A stretch of 64,000 bases of DNA from Thecamonas trahens ATCC 50062 (lineage: Eukaryota; Protista; Apusomonadida): the NCBI RefSeq assembly GCF_000142905.1, contig NW_013657649.1, forward strand, positions 248,001 through 312,000. Reading direction: 5' to 3'. The translations under genes were made by a program, and so were the position numbers. Each line of letters begins with the position of its first letter. The first letter of the stretch is position 1. The notes beneath the pieces are model-generated. The model saw nothing but the letters and a program-made list of their open reading frames with translations, searched no databases and was not told the origin of the DNA. Positions 10,462-22,222 of the stretch are shown here, piece after piece.

Positions 10462-12340
10462 TCAGGCATCGGGGTCGGCGGATGCGGCAGCGGAGAGGGC
10501 AGACTGCTCCCCAGCAAAGGTAAAGCCGTCAAAGGCCGACTGAGCGGTGTCGGAGAGCTTCTTCCGGTGTGCGCGGTCGTGGAGAGGCTGGGCAAGGAAC
10601 TCGCCGTCGACATACTGGATGTCGTCCGCGGCCTCGACGGCTGGAATCCACGGCGGGGTAATGGTCTTGGCGAGGAGTGCGTCCCAGTCGATCGAGGCAA
10701 AGAACGGATGTGCCTTGAGTTCATCGACGTCATCGTTTGCGCCGAGACGGAGCGAGGGCTCGCGATGGAGGAGGCCTGCAATGAGCGACTTGGCGTCTTT
10801 GGAAAAGTACGGCGGGTAGTAAACCTGCTCGTAGAGTGTGCGCTCATACATGAGGGTCTTGTTCTCGGTGTAGAATGGCGGAAGGCCGGAGAGCATCTCG
10901 TAGAGAACAATGCCGAGCGCCCACCAGTCGACGCTAAAGCCGTGCGGCTCATTGCGTAGGATCTCGGGCGCGAGGTACTCGGGCGTGCCGCAAAAGGTTG
11001 TTGTGGTGTCGTGCTGGTCGAGGTCCTCCTTGCACAGGCCAAAGTCTGTGATGAGGATGTGACCGTCCGAGTTGATGAGCAGGTTCTCTGGCTTGAGGTC
11101 GCGGTACGCGATGCCAACCGAGTGCAAGTGGCCGATGCCAAGCGCGATCTCGGCGGCGTAGAACCGGGCGCGCGACTCGGAGAACTTCTTGTCGCGCTGC
11201 AGGTGGTAGAAGAGCTCACCGCCGTTGACATAGTCCATGACAAAGTACAGCTTCTCCTCGGTCTGGAATGAAAAGTGGAGCGAGACAAGGAACGGGTGCG
11301 AGGCCGTCGAAATGAGGACGTTGCGCTCCGACTTGACGTGGTCGAGCTCGCCCTTTTTCATGATAGTCTTCTTGTCGAGCACCTTGATGGCGTACACTTT
11401 GTTGTCGGCAATGCCGCGGGCGAGTACAACCTTGCCAAACGAGCCGCGCCCGATGACTGAGAGCAGCTTAAAGTCTGCCAGCGAGACCTTGGTCGCGCCG
11501 TCCACCTCGGAAGCCACCTCGGACTCGGCCACCGTGCCCTCCATGTCATCGACTGAGTCCGGCGCCAGAAAGTCGACCAACTCGCTCGACTTGCGGACGA
11601 CGTCATCCGCCAGCACCCGCGCCATGTACCGATGCAGCGAGACGCGCCGACCCTCGACAAAGTCTGGGTTGAGGTTACCGAGCAGTCGCTTCTTGGGCAG
11701 GCCAAAGTCGACACCGTACTTTTTCTTGACCTGCACCGAGAGTGAGTTCAGGGGAGCAGTGCAAGGGGAGGGGGAGGGGGGGAGGGGGGGGGGGAGGGGG
11801 GGGGATGCGGTGTGTGCGTACCTTGTGGTTGAACTGGTGGAAGTTGCGGTAGCGGCGGTAGATGGACCATGCAGACGGGCCGCACTTGATGGAGAGCTTG
11901 TATACCTGTGGATGAGATGGAGGGNNNNNNNNNNNNNNNNNNNNNNNNNNNNNNNNNNNNNNNNNNNNNNNNNNNNNNNNNNNNNNNNNNNNNNNNNNNN
12001 NNNNNNNNNNNNNNNNNNNNNNNNATGGAGGGGGGGGGGAGAGGGGGAGAGGGGAGGGGAGGGGAGAGTGAAGGCGTGTGTGTGAGTGTGTATGTATGTA
12101 TGTGTGTGTGGGGGGGAGGAAGAGGGTGACGGTGTGGGACGGAGGCGGTGCGTGGGACGTGGCGGCATAGGTGCCTCCACCGTGTGACCTGGCCCAGCCA
12201 CCTGACGACAGCGTTGGCTGGCAAGGAAGGGGAGGGGAAGGGGAACAGGCTTGGCGTACGGTAAATGGCTTGGCAGCATCTGTCTTGACGATGGCGTCGA
12301 CCACCGCCACCTTGTACACCTTTGTTGTGGACGACGACAT
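10462..12340 (-). CDS. SGK3: PX-domain AGC kinase, SGK3-like; exons 12340-12260, 11905-11822, 11730-10462
   Basis: Splicing two GTACGC..CAG introns joins a PX domain ('FTVYKL..W.IYRRYRNF..LPKKRLLGNLNPDFVEGRR..L..YM') to the kinase ('IGRGSFGKV', 'YRDLKPEN', 'TDFGLCKE', 'TFCGTPEYLAPE') with hydrophobic motif 'FDGFTF'. Intron 1 contains an N gap. Confidence 0.9.
11925..12024. other. Assembly gap (N run); other gaps at 12778-12877, 27711-27884, 54143-54651 and 55941-56040
   Basis: N runs, each flanked by G- or C-rich low-complexity sequence. Confidence 0.98.
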
Positions 12341-12929
12341 GGTCGAGCCTGGTGCCCGAGGCGAGAGGTGGTGCCCAACAGTTCATTACCAACGAAGCCG
12401 CAGCCAACAAAGCCGCAGCCAGCGGCCAGCGGCCAGTGGCCAGGGGCAGGGACATAGACCAGGTAGCGAGGCTGATCAGCAACGATGCAATGTACCACGC
12501 AAAGCTCCACCGACCACACTGTCAATGGCTCTTGATGTCGGCGGGCTGATGCGTCAACAATTGGCGACGTTGAGGTCGATGTCGGTGAGGTCGATGCCCC
12601 CCCCCCCCCCCCCCCCCCCCCTCCAAGCACTCCCGTCCGTCGCCCTCCGCCAGCTACCACCGCCAGCCACCGACAACGCCACCGCCACCGCCACCGCCCC
12701 AGCCCCCCCCCACGTCTCCCACACTCTCTCCACCCCCTCCACCGCCCACACACCACAGTCCACGCCACCTCCCACCTNNNNNNNNNNNNNNNNNNNNNNN
12801 NNNNNNNNNNNNNNNNNNNNNNNNNNNNNNNNNNNNNNNNNNNNNNNNNNNNNNNNNNNNNNNNNNNNNNNNNNNNNTCTCCCCTCCCCTCCGTCCGCGT
12901 TGCTTGCAAAGCCAAAGCCTCCCGGACCC

Positions 12930-15185
12930 ATGTCGGCCTTCAACAAGAATGCCTTCTTCGAGGGCGACGATGACGCTGCGCTGGACATGCTCGACGCATT
13001 GCTCCCGCCTCCTGCTGGAGCAGCGGCTGGCGAGAATGCCGAGGCTGAGGCGGGTGCTACCGCTCCGCCCGCAGCTGGTGACGACGTCGTTGCTGCAGAC
13101 AGCCAGACACAGCCGGAGCCAGAGCCAGAGTCGGAGCACGCCGCCAACGGTGGCCAAGGTACCAGCGAGCTCTCGATGGGCCCGTCTGTGGCCAGCACCG
13201 AGGACGACCTGGAGGCCATGATGCGCGGCGCACTGGCAGGGCTTTCTGACGACGACGACGACGGCGGCAAGGCGGCAGGCGCGGCTCGCGCTGGCCGCAA
13301 GCCGGCGCCCGCACCGCTGGACATTGCGGCGGCTAGCCCTGCGTCTCCGCCGGCACAGACGATTGGAGGTCATCTGGTGCTGGAGGCCAAGGCGCCGAGT
13401 GGGTACGTGCCGTCGCCTGTTCCGCAGCCGTCGGGACTCCTCGAGCCATCGGTCAAGTTTGCACCGCCGCCGCCGCTCGACGACGACGACGACCTGATGC
13501 TGAGCTCGCCGGTGACACCGGCCTCGTCAGCCACTCCGGTGTTGGGCGGGAACAAGACCGGTTCGGCCATGTTTGCGCCGCCGCCGCCGCTCGACGAAGA
13601 CGACGACGATGCGTCGACGCTCCTCACCTCTGCGCTCCGCAAAAAGGTGGAGCAGCGGCCGCGGGCGCTCTCGATGGGCCCGCCGCAGGTCTCAGGCTCG
13701 GAGCACGCGTACCCGGTGGTGCAGCAGGCGCGGGCGCCGCCGACGGCCGGTGAGTCTGGGCCTGTCTCGTCCGACGAGGACCTCGACGCTGAGCTCGCGG
13801 CAATGGAGGCCGAGGCCATGCGGGCGGCCGGACTGGAGCCGTCGGACGGGTCGGTGGCAGATGCTGCGCGGCCGGACGACGACGAGGACGTCGACGACGA
13901 CGACGAGCTCGACGTGACCGACAGCGCGGTCGAGGAGCGAAGCAAGGACGACCGGATTCGCGAGCTGGAGGCGCAGATCCGCGAGCTCTCGGGCGCGTCA
14001 CCAGTCGACACGCTGCAAGTCGGAGCGCCAACGGCGGCGGCGTCGCTCGAGGGCGAGCTCGACATGCTGCGGTCGGCCAAAGTCGAGTCGGAAGAAGCGC
14101 TCTTTGACCAGATCTCCGAGCTCCAACAGCGCAACTCGCAGCTCGACGCCGACAATATTTCGCTCCGCGACGAGGTCCACGAGCTCAAGCGCGCCCTCCG
14201 CGAAGTCACTGAGGAGCGCAACGCCATTGACGAAAAGCTCTCAGTGTACAAAGACATCGAGGAGTCACACAAGCTCGAGCTGGACAAGCACCGCAAGCGC
14301 GAGTCGGGCGCCGCCATGGCGCTGCAGCGGCGACTCTCCGAGACCCGCGCCTCGTCGCAGCGCTACGAGCAGAAGCTCAAAAAGTACAAGCGCATCATCG
14401 TGCAGATCCAGCAGGACTACGCCGCGCTCGACGCCTACACCTCGTTTGTGGCCGACAAGGCCCGCGTCTTTATTCGCCGCCTTGGCGTCCTCTACGCCCG
14501 CTCCAAGGACGCCGTCTCGCTCGCAAAGTCGGTCTACTTTAAGCTCGACTACGTCTCGTTCTCGGAACGCCTGCCCAACGTGCTCGGGGTTATCGAGCAA
14601 CGCATCAAGAACAAGGCGTGGAAGGAACGCTTCCTTGTCATCAAGGACAACTTTTGGCTGGCGTACAAGGCCAAGTCCGGCAACCCGACCGTGTGCATCC
14701 GCCTCGACACCGCCTCGGTCGAGATCGTCGATGAGCCGGGCTTCCGCAACTGCTTCACCATCCGAGGCTCGGACAAGAAGGAGACCATGTGGCGCGCTCA
14801 GTCCAAGCAGGAGCTCGACCAGTGGCTTCACGTTCTCTCCAACGCCGCAAAGTTCATGGCTATGAACCTCGAGGGTAAGCCACCGGTCTCGCAGGCCTTT
14901 GCCGCTGCCGCTGCCGCGCTTGGCTCGGAGCTCCCGGCCGCCGCCAAGTCCGGTACCGCCGCCTCGCCCGCAGACTCGATGGGTCTCGACGGTCTCGGCA
15001 CCGCCGCCTCGGTCCAGCCCACCGTCGCCTCCAAGCCCGGTGGCGGCCGCGTCGGCGCCGCCGAGACAAACGTCGCCAACCTCATGACCATCTCGGGCGG
15101 CCAGGCCATCCCGGTCTCCAACTACCCGTATCTCCTTGCACTTGATCGCGACGATGGAGCGTCCAAGATTGTTGCTGCCTTGTAG
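12930..15185 (+). CDS. Coiled-coil and C-terminal PH-domain protein
   Basis: Disordered N-terminus, long heptad region, then PH-like 'KAWKERFLVIKDNFWLAYK..IRLDTASVE..NCFTI..AQSKQELDQWLHVL'. The start follows an N gap, so an upstream exon is possible. Confidence 0.75.
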   Translation: MSAFNKNAFFEGDDDAALDMLDALLPPPAGAAAGENAEAEAGATAPPAAGDDVVAADSQTQPEPEPESEHAANGGQGTSELSMGPSVASTEDDLEAMMRGALAGLSDDDDDGGKAAGAARAGRKPAPAPLDIAAASPASPPAQTIGGHLVLEAKAPSGYVPSPVPQPSGLLEPSVKFAPPPPLDDDDDLMLSSPVTPASSATPVLGGNKTGSAMFAPPPPLDEDDDDASTLLTSALRKKVEQRPRALSMGPPQVSGSEHAYPVVQQARAPPTAGESGPVSSDEDLDAELAAMEAEAMRAAGLEPSDGSVADAARPDDDEDVDDDDELDVTDSAVEERSKDDRIRELEAQIRELSGASPVDTLQVGAPTAAASLEGELDMLRSAKVESEEALFDQISELQQRNSQLDADNISLRDEVHELKRALREVTEERNAIDEKLSVYKDIEESHKLELDKHRKRESGAAMALQRRLSETRASSQRYEQKLKKYKRIIVQIQQDYAALDAYTSFVADKARVFIRRLGVLYARSKDAVSLAKSVYFKLDYVSFSERLPNVLGVIEQRIKNKAWKERFLVIKDNFWLAYKAKSGNPTVCIRLDTASVEIVDEPGFRNCFTIRGSDKKETMWRAQSKQELDQWLHVLSNAAKFMAMNLEGKPPVSQAFAAAAAALGSELPAAAKSGTAASPADSMGLDGLGTAASVQPTVASKPGGGRVGAAETNVANLMTISGGQAIPVSNYPYLLALDRDDGASKIVAAL

Positions 15186-15351
15186 ATGATCAACAAAGCT
15201 GCTTCCCTTGCGCTACACCTTTCCCGTCCTCCTCCCTTCCCTCCCTCCCCCGGCCTCCTTCTCTGTTTCATTCATAAACTGTTCTTCCAACTAACTTCGT
15301 GCACTCTACAGTATCCACTTCTCTTGAAGCCCCCCCCCCCCTATACACACA

Positions 15352-15361
15352 TACACACATA

Positions 15362-15394
<33 letters not shown>

Positions 15395-15395
15395 G
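15352..15395. repeat. (AC)n microsatellite
   Basis: Imperfect ACAT/AC run upstream of the ATG at 15417. Confidence 0.85.
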
Positions 15396-15416
15396 CGCGC
15401 GCAAACGCCTCTCGCC

Positions 15417-18400
15417 ATGTATGCACCCGTGGCAATCCTCACACTTCTGGTCCTTGTCGCTCTCTCCCTGGCTGACGACTTGCCGTGTACGCTTGTGCCC
15501 GACGAAACCGCAACCGATGCAACCTCGCAGCTAGTGGGCTTGGCGACCAACATGCAGCACGCCTACCTTGCGGCGCTGGATGTGGACGAGGACAACGACA
15601 TCGATCTTATCTCGTCGGTTCCACCGCTCAAGTTGATGCGGAACCAGGGAGACAACACATTTGTAGAGGAGAACGCTGCCGCCGCCATGTCCTTCACCGA
15701 GCCGACTGGCTCCGGCATCACCATGGGCCTCGCCGTGGCCGACGCCAACGGTGACTCGCTTGATGACTTTGTCATCGGTTGGCGCGATCGAAACGTCCTT
15801 ATCATGTACTTTAACATCGGGGGCGGGTCATCGGCATTTACGCCTCACCAACTGGCGTCGGCAAGCCAGGTCGGATTCCCCGAGTTCATCGACTGGGACG
15901 GCGACGGCGATCTGGACCTGGTCAGCTTTCTCTGGTCTACCACCGGTCCTGCCCGGGTCTTTATCAACTCGGCCGGCTCATGGCCGACATCGCCGACGTA
16001 CTCGTTTGGCTCATTTACCGCAGTTCATCCGGGCTCTTACGGTGACTTTGATGGCGACAACGACCTGGACATGGTTGTTGGCAACCAAAAGTGGCGCCGC
16101 GACGGCCCGCTCTCTATGACCAACATCGGAACATTACCGGGTGGCCTGATCGGCACCTCATTCAGCTACCAGATCACCACGCCAATCAACTGGAACAGCG
16201 ACGGGCATGACGACGCAGGAGGCGGCAAGGGCTGTTACATTCTTCTTGGCGACGGTGCATTTGGCTTTACCTCGCAGACGCTTCCTATTCCCGACTGTAT
16301 TCCGACCCAAGAGCGAATTGTGGTCGACGTTAACAAGGACGGCGCCCATGACATGGTTTACTCGGCCTCAAACCGGCCCGACATCGGCATTTCGCTACTG
16401 GTCAACGATGGCAGTGGCAACTTTGCTTCCACGATCATCCGCAAGTCGGATCGCGCGGTCCATACGCCGTTTTTCGTCGACGTCGACGGAGATGGTGATT
16501 ATGATGTGTTCACTTCGCCGTGGGATAACTCTGACGTCGACTTTGGCAAGCTCTTCTTCCACGAGAACAGCGCACGTCCAGGCGCACACATGCCTGTCTT
16601 TCGCTCTCTCTGCGTCGTACCCGGGTGCACAACCGTTGATGGGTGCGTGAGCAATGTCATCAGGATTGCCCAGATCCACGGCGCTAGCGATGTCGAGCTC
16701 GCAGCAGGCGTCAACTACACCCAGTGTCCGGTCACGCCCATCACCATCACCAACTCGGCGCTTCGCATCCGGCCCAGAGGATGGTCGAGCCGGACGAGCA
16801 TCAGGTGTGGCCATGCCGGTGTTCTTTTCCGGGTTGAGCACGGTGCCAAAGCGGCTGTTGAGCGACTTGACATATTTGACACTTCGACTTCGTTTACGGT
16901 TGATCCGCAGCCGGCCATCCTGGTCACCGGCACCGCTTCCAAGCTGACACTCTCCAACGTGACCGTGACGAGCGCCGATGCGACCCGTGACGCCGCAGGC
17001 CTCACACTCATTGCATCCATTGTCGATGGCGGGTTTCTCGTGGCGGAAAACTCGGGGTCGCTCGTGGTGGAGAGCTCGGACTTTGTGGGGTGCTCGGCCT
17101 CGGGGTCGGGAGGAGCGATGGCGCTCAAAAAGACCGGCCTGGTGAGCGTGACCAAGACCTCATTTGTGGGCAACAGCGCAGTCGGAGGTGCTGGCGGCGC
17201 GGTGGTGGTTGTGCTCTCGGATGCGGTGATGGGTGATACGCCGCTCGTGTCTATCAGCAACTCGGTGTTTGCTCGCAACGAGGCGCGATACGGCGGCGTT
17301 GCGGCGGTCATCCTCGGACCGACCATTTTGCCGACTCTCGAGGACCACACCTTTCTCCCATGGCAGCCCAATCAAGCGGCAGCGCTTGCGAAGGCGTCCA
17401 ACCTCACGGTCTCGTTTGCCGACGTGATGTTGGCCGACAACGTCGCTAGCTTTGGCGACGTGCTCTATGATTGCTCAGCACCTGTGTCGCTTGGCCCGTT
17501 GGCTCAAGGCTCGGCCCAGGCACCCCGGGGGGGACCGTGCCTGGTGCGTCGTCGGTGTTTGTTTGCAACCCGAGCGACGCGGCGACGCAAGCGTATAGCT
17601 CGGTGCCGTGGGTCACGAGCGTCGGCCCCGAGGCAGGCGCGCTGGTGGCTGCGGCGGCGTCGCCGGCGGTCACCATCAAGCGGGTAGACGCTCCTGCAAA
17701 CGAGCCGGTCCTTGTGATGCCTGGCGAGGAGCTAGGTGGTGTCTCGTTTGGCGCCGATGATGTCTTTGGTTCGCCGACCACTGCGGGGCTGGTCGGCCTG
17801 CTCCCAGCACCTGGCTCGGGCGACGACGTGTTTATGTACGTATCTAATGTGCTCCGCGCGCTGTCGGCGAGCGAGACGGTGGTTGACTTTTCACGCGAGC
17901 GGCTGGCCGCTTCCCATGCAGGCGTTGTCGGCTCGACGGTATACATGAGTGCTGGTTTGGCTGTGGCTGGCGCTGAGGTCGTGTTCATCCCGCGGCCATC
18001 GCTGGTCGTTCAGTTCCCGCTGCAGTTTGTGGCGTGCGGGCCCGGATGGGGCGCGTCGTCGACGACGCCATTTGCTTGCAGCCCGTGCGCGTCCGGCCTC
18101 TTTGCGCCCGACACGTCGATGGAGGCTTGCAGGCCGCTCGACGACTGCCTGCCCAACTCGAAGCGGACACAGTCCGACTCATCAGAGTGCACGTGTAACG
18201 CCGGGTATTGGGCGCCGGCGCTAGCACCCGACACGCCGTGTGTAGTTTGCCCAGTCGGCGGGATTTGCGTCGGGTCGTCGACCGAGATACCAACTGCAGC
18301 GGTGGGTTACTTCAACGTGGCAAACTCGACAGGCTCGGGTGCGCTGGCGGAGATGGCCAAGTGCCCACGGCCGCAGTCGTGCGCCGGTGGCTCCAAGTGT

Positions 18401-19713
18401 GTCACAGGCTCAGAGGGCTTTATGTGCCGGGCGTGCTCAGACGGCTTTTACACCGACGAGGACACCGTGTGTCGAAAGTGCCCGAACGCGGCAGGAGCCA
18501 TGTTCTATGCCTTTGTCTCTGTCCTTGGCGCGGCGGTCGTTTTGGCAACGGCGGTAGTGATGTGGGCAGCGTACGGACGGGGCGGCGGGTCATCTTCGGT
18601 CTGGCGAGTGCCGCACGCAGTCAAGTCGGGCATTCTGTTCTTCCAGATCCTGGCGGTCATCGGCGGCGCCGAGCTCAACTGGCCGTCGCCGCTCAGCTAC
18701 ATCCTGGCGGTCTTCTCGGCGTTCAACCTCTCGCTCGCGCTGTTTGCCTCCGAGTGCGTACTGGTCGACTTTGCCACCATGTACAAGTTTACGGCGCTCA
18801 TTCCGATGGGTATGTTCTTGCTTGTCATGGCGGTGGCGGCGTTGTTCAAGTTTGGGCTTCGATTGCGGCGCGTGGCACTGCCGCGCGTGGCCGAGCGAGT
18901 GCTCTGCATCCTCGGCCCGATGCTTTATATTGCGGCAGCGCATGCATCACTCGTGCTCTTTGACTGCACCAAGTTGCCAAACGGCACTTTTGTGCTCGAC
19001 GCGGACATGGGCGTCGTGTGCTTCGAGTCGGAGTGGATCGAGCTGCTGCCGTATGGCCTCTTTGCGGTTGTCGTGTACGTCATTGGCCTGCCCGCAATCC
19101 TATTCACGCTCCTTTGCCGGGCACGACACTCGCTGCAGACATCCGAGGTGCGCTCCCGACTCGGAGTGCTCTTTCTCAACTTCCAGCCGCAGTTCTACCT
19201 CTTTGAGGTTCTGCTCCTCCTCAAGCGGCTCGCGGTAGTGGCGACGGCCATGTTTTTCTCAGACCTCCACGTCTGGCTCCTCACCATCTTTATGGTTGTT
19301 TTTGCAGTTTTTGCAGGCATCCAGCTCAAATACGAACCGTACAAACTGCAGATGTACAACGACATCGAGATGCAACTCAACCTCGTCATCTGCGCGCTGA
19401 TCATGCTCGGCACGCTCTTCTGGGCCGACAACTTTCCAAACCACACCTCGCTTGTCCTTTTTGCGGTCATCGGCTGCGCTGCAGTCTTCCTAGCCGTTCT
19501 CCTCCTCGTCCGGCTCTTTTCCGTGAGCTTGCGTTCCGGCTCGGCATGACCGCGCAAGTCGACGTCTGCAACGAGCCCGAGGCCAAGGAACACGGCTCAC
19601 CCTCGCTCGGCACCTCCGGCACAAGCTCCGGATCGGGCTTGGCACTGCTCACCCCGCAGCCGGTGGAGTTGAGCTATAGTTCTACCAGCTGCGCAAGCGA
19701 CTTGTCTCCATAG
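15417..19713 (+). CDS. Signal peptide + FG-GAP/VCBS repeats + right-handed beta-helix (PMP-like) + Cys-rich repeats + multipass membrane domain; frameshift at ~17527 and probably at ~19520
   Basis: Repeated 'D.D.DGD.D' motifs, 'F..NSA.GGAGGA', 'C..C..G.F' repeats and ~8-9 hydrophobic helices. ORFs 15186-17687 and 17471-19549 join at a C4G7 run. A plausible tail continues to TAG 19713 after a T4 run. Confidence 0.75.
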
Positions 19714-19877
19714 CATGGAAAACGATGATGAAATGTACAAAGTAGGTGCTGGCTGCAGCGACAACGGTAGCAGAGGCTCCAGAGAGACAGCTCGCTTGCC
19801 TCGTCGTCAGCCATTTCGGCATCGCCTGTTTTTCGCTCAACGGCACTTTTCTTGTCACAAAACCCATCCACAAAGCT

Positions 19878-21539
19878 ATGCTGCGTTCAGTCACGACGAC
19901 GGCGACGAGCCTGACGAGCCTGCCTGCGGTGCTGCGGGCATGCACTTCTGCGCTGCGCGGGTTCTCCTCAAGCGCGTGTGTGAGCGCTGGAGCGTTCAAG
20001 CCTTTCCTCCGCGAGGGCGTCTCGTCGGGGGCGACGGCGGTGGAGGCAGCCCGGGCCGAGTCGCTGGCCGGAGGTGGCGAGAAGCGGGTCGCGGCGCAGC
20101 ACGGCAAGGGCAAGCTGACGGCGCGCGAGCGGCTGGACGTTCTCCTCGACGAGGGCTCGTTCCGCGAGATGGATCCGTTTGTCACCCACCGGTGCTCTGA
20201 CTTTGGCATGGAGGCGTCCAAGGTGCCGGGCGACGGCGTGGTCACCGGCCAGGGCACCATTAACGGGCGCCTCGCCTTTGTCTTCTCGCAGGACTTTACC
20301 GTCATGGGCGGCTCGCTCTCCGAGACCCACGCCGAGAAGATCTGCAAGCTGATGGACAACGCCATGAAGGTCGGTGTGCCTGTCATTGGCCTCAACGACT
20401 CGGGTGGCGCCCGCATCCAGGAGGGTGTTGCCTCGCTCGCCGGCTACGCCGAGGTCTTCCAGCGCAACGTCGATGCCTCGGGCGTCGTCCCGCAGATCTC
20501 TATGATCATGGGTCCGTGCGCAGGTGGTGCCGTCTACTCGCCGGCGCTCACCGACTTTACCTTTATGGTCCGCGACACGTCGTACATGTTTGTCACCGGG
20601 CCCGAGGTGGTCAAGACGGTGACCCACGAGGAGGTGACCCAGGAAGAGCTTGGCGGCGCCAAGACCCACGCCACCAAGTCGGGCGTTGCCCACCTCACCT
20701 TTGAGGACGACATCGAGGCCCTGCTCAAGCTCCGCGAGTTCTACGACTTCCTCCCGCTTTCCAACACTGCCGAGCCGCCGCAGCGCGACTTTTCCGACCC
20801 GCGCACCCGTCGCTCCGAGCAGCTCAACTCGATTGTGCCGGCCGACCCCAACTCGCCGTACGACATCAAGTCGGTCATCACCGAGCTCGTCGACGACGGC
20901 GAGTTCTTTGAGATCATGCCCGACTTTGCCAAGAACATCGTCATCGGCTTTGGCCGCATGGAGGGCAAGACCGTCTCGTTTGTGGCGAACCAGCCCAAGG
21001 AGCTTGCTGGTTGCCTCGACATCGACGCCTCGGTCAAGGCTGCCCGCTGGATCCGCTTCTGCGACGCCTTCAACATCCCCATCGCTACCCTTGTCGACGT
21101 CCCCGGCTTCCTCCCGGGCGTCGGCCAGGAGCACAACGGCATCATCCGCAACGGCGCCAAGCTGCTGCACGCCTACGCCGAGGCCTCCGTCCCCAAGGTC
21201 ACCGTCATCACTCGCAAGGCCTATGGCGGCGCCTACACCACCCTGGCCCCGCGCATGCTCCGTGCCGACCGTGTCTACGGATGGCCCACCTCCGAGGTCG
21301 CCGTCATGGGCGCCAAGGGCGCCGTCGGCATCATCTTCCGCGGCGACTCGGACATTGCCGCCCGTGAGGCCGAGTACGAGGAGAAGTTCCTCAACCCGCT
21401 CCCGGCTGCTCGCCGCGGCTTCCTTGACGACGTCATCGAGCCGGCCGCCACCCGTGCCATCATTTGCGAGGACCTCGAGGTCCTGGCCACCAAGGTCGAG
21501 GAGGGTCCCGCCAAGAAGCACAGCAACGGCCCGCTGTAG
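19878..21539 (+). CDS. PCCB: Propionyl-CoA carboxylase beta chain, mitochondrial precursor
   Basis: Transit-like N-terminus; '[12 protein letters not shown]', '[10 protein letters not shown]', '[16 protein letters not shown]', 'VDVPGFLPG', 'RKAYGGAY', 'KKHSNGPL'. Confidence 0.96.
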   Translation: MLRSVTTTATSLTSLPAVLRACTSALRGFSSSACVSAGAFKPFLREGVSSGATAVEAARAESLAGGGEKRVAAQHGKGKLTARERLDVLLDEGSFREMDPFVTHRCSDFGMEASKVPGDGVVTGQGTINGRLAFVFSQDFTVMGGSLSETHAEKICKLMDNAMKVGVPVIGLNDSGGARIQEGVASLAGYAEVFQRNVDASGVVPQISMIMGPCAGGAVYSPALTDFTFMVRDTSYMFVTGPEVVKTVTHEEVTQEELGGAKTHATKSGVAHLTFEDDIEALLKLREFYDFLPLSNTAEPPQRDFSDPRTRRSEQLNSIVPADPNSPYDIKSVITELVDDGEFFEIMPDFAKNIVIGFGRMEGKTVSFVANQPKELAGCLDIDASVKAARWIRFCDAFNIPIATLVDVPGFLPGVGQEHNGIIRNGAKLLHAYAEASVPKVTVITRKAYGGAYTTLAPRMLRADRVYGWPTSEVAVMGAKGAVGIIFRGDSDIAAREAEYEEKFLNPLPAARRGFLDDVIEPAATRAIICEDLEVLATKVEEGPAKKHSNGPL

Positions 21540-21781
21540 GCGCCCTGTCGTCCTTCCCCCCCCCCCCCCCCCCCCCCCCACACACGCCCCTCCTACCTCC
21601 AACCCCGTCCCCGCCCACCCGTGTGCACATGTCACAGTGAACAACGGCAGCGTTTGCAGTCCATCAATCTGATCTGATCTTGATTCCGATCCCAACCTCC
21701 TTCCTTCCCCACCCCAGACCGGAGTCAAACCACTCAACTCCATCGCCGTCCCTGCCCGACACTTGAGCCGAGGGCGAGCCG

Positions 21782-22190
21782 ATGGAGTCCACCGATCACA
21801 CCGATGACACCCATGCAGAACCACCTGCATCCGCCACCGCCACCAGTAGCAGTAAGTATCCAAACACCATGCATTCCCGCACCCATCGATTGGCTTGGAT
21901 GAGGGGAGGGTGGGGGAGGGGGGGGGAGGGGGGGGAGGAGCAGGAGAGGAAGAGCGTGGGCGAGGGGGTGGGATCCCTCCCTGTCTTCCTTGCCTGTCAC
22001 TCACTCACAGGTGCGGCATATGCGGTGTGGGCGGGGACGGGGACGGGGACGGGGACGGGGGTGGGGTGGTGGTGGTGGTGGTGGTGGTGATGGTGGGTGT
22101 CGTCGTCGTCATCGTCGTCCTGTCTTGGCTGTGTGTGGGCTCTCTGTGGGTGCGGCTGTGGACAGCGGGCGTGGCGGCTTCGACCGAGGG

Positions 22191-22222
<32 letters not shown>

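Noticed and set aside
10462-15185. ORF-track N-terminal extensions running through N gaps and C/G tracts (also 21895, 27683, 28979, 45837, 54005, 55281)
   Set aside because: Translations of intronic or intergenic low-complexity DNA and gaps; starts were reassigned.
19968-22004. Long antisense and alternative-frame ORFs (e.g. 19968-22004, 6451-7806, 40865-42307, 45222-46673)
   Set aside because: Shadow ORFs expected from high GC and codon bias opposite well-supported genes; no domain motifs.
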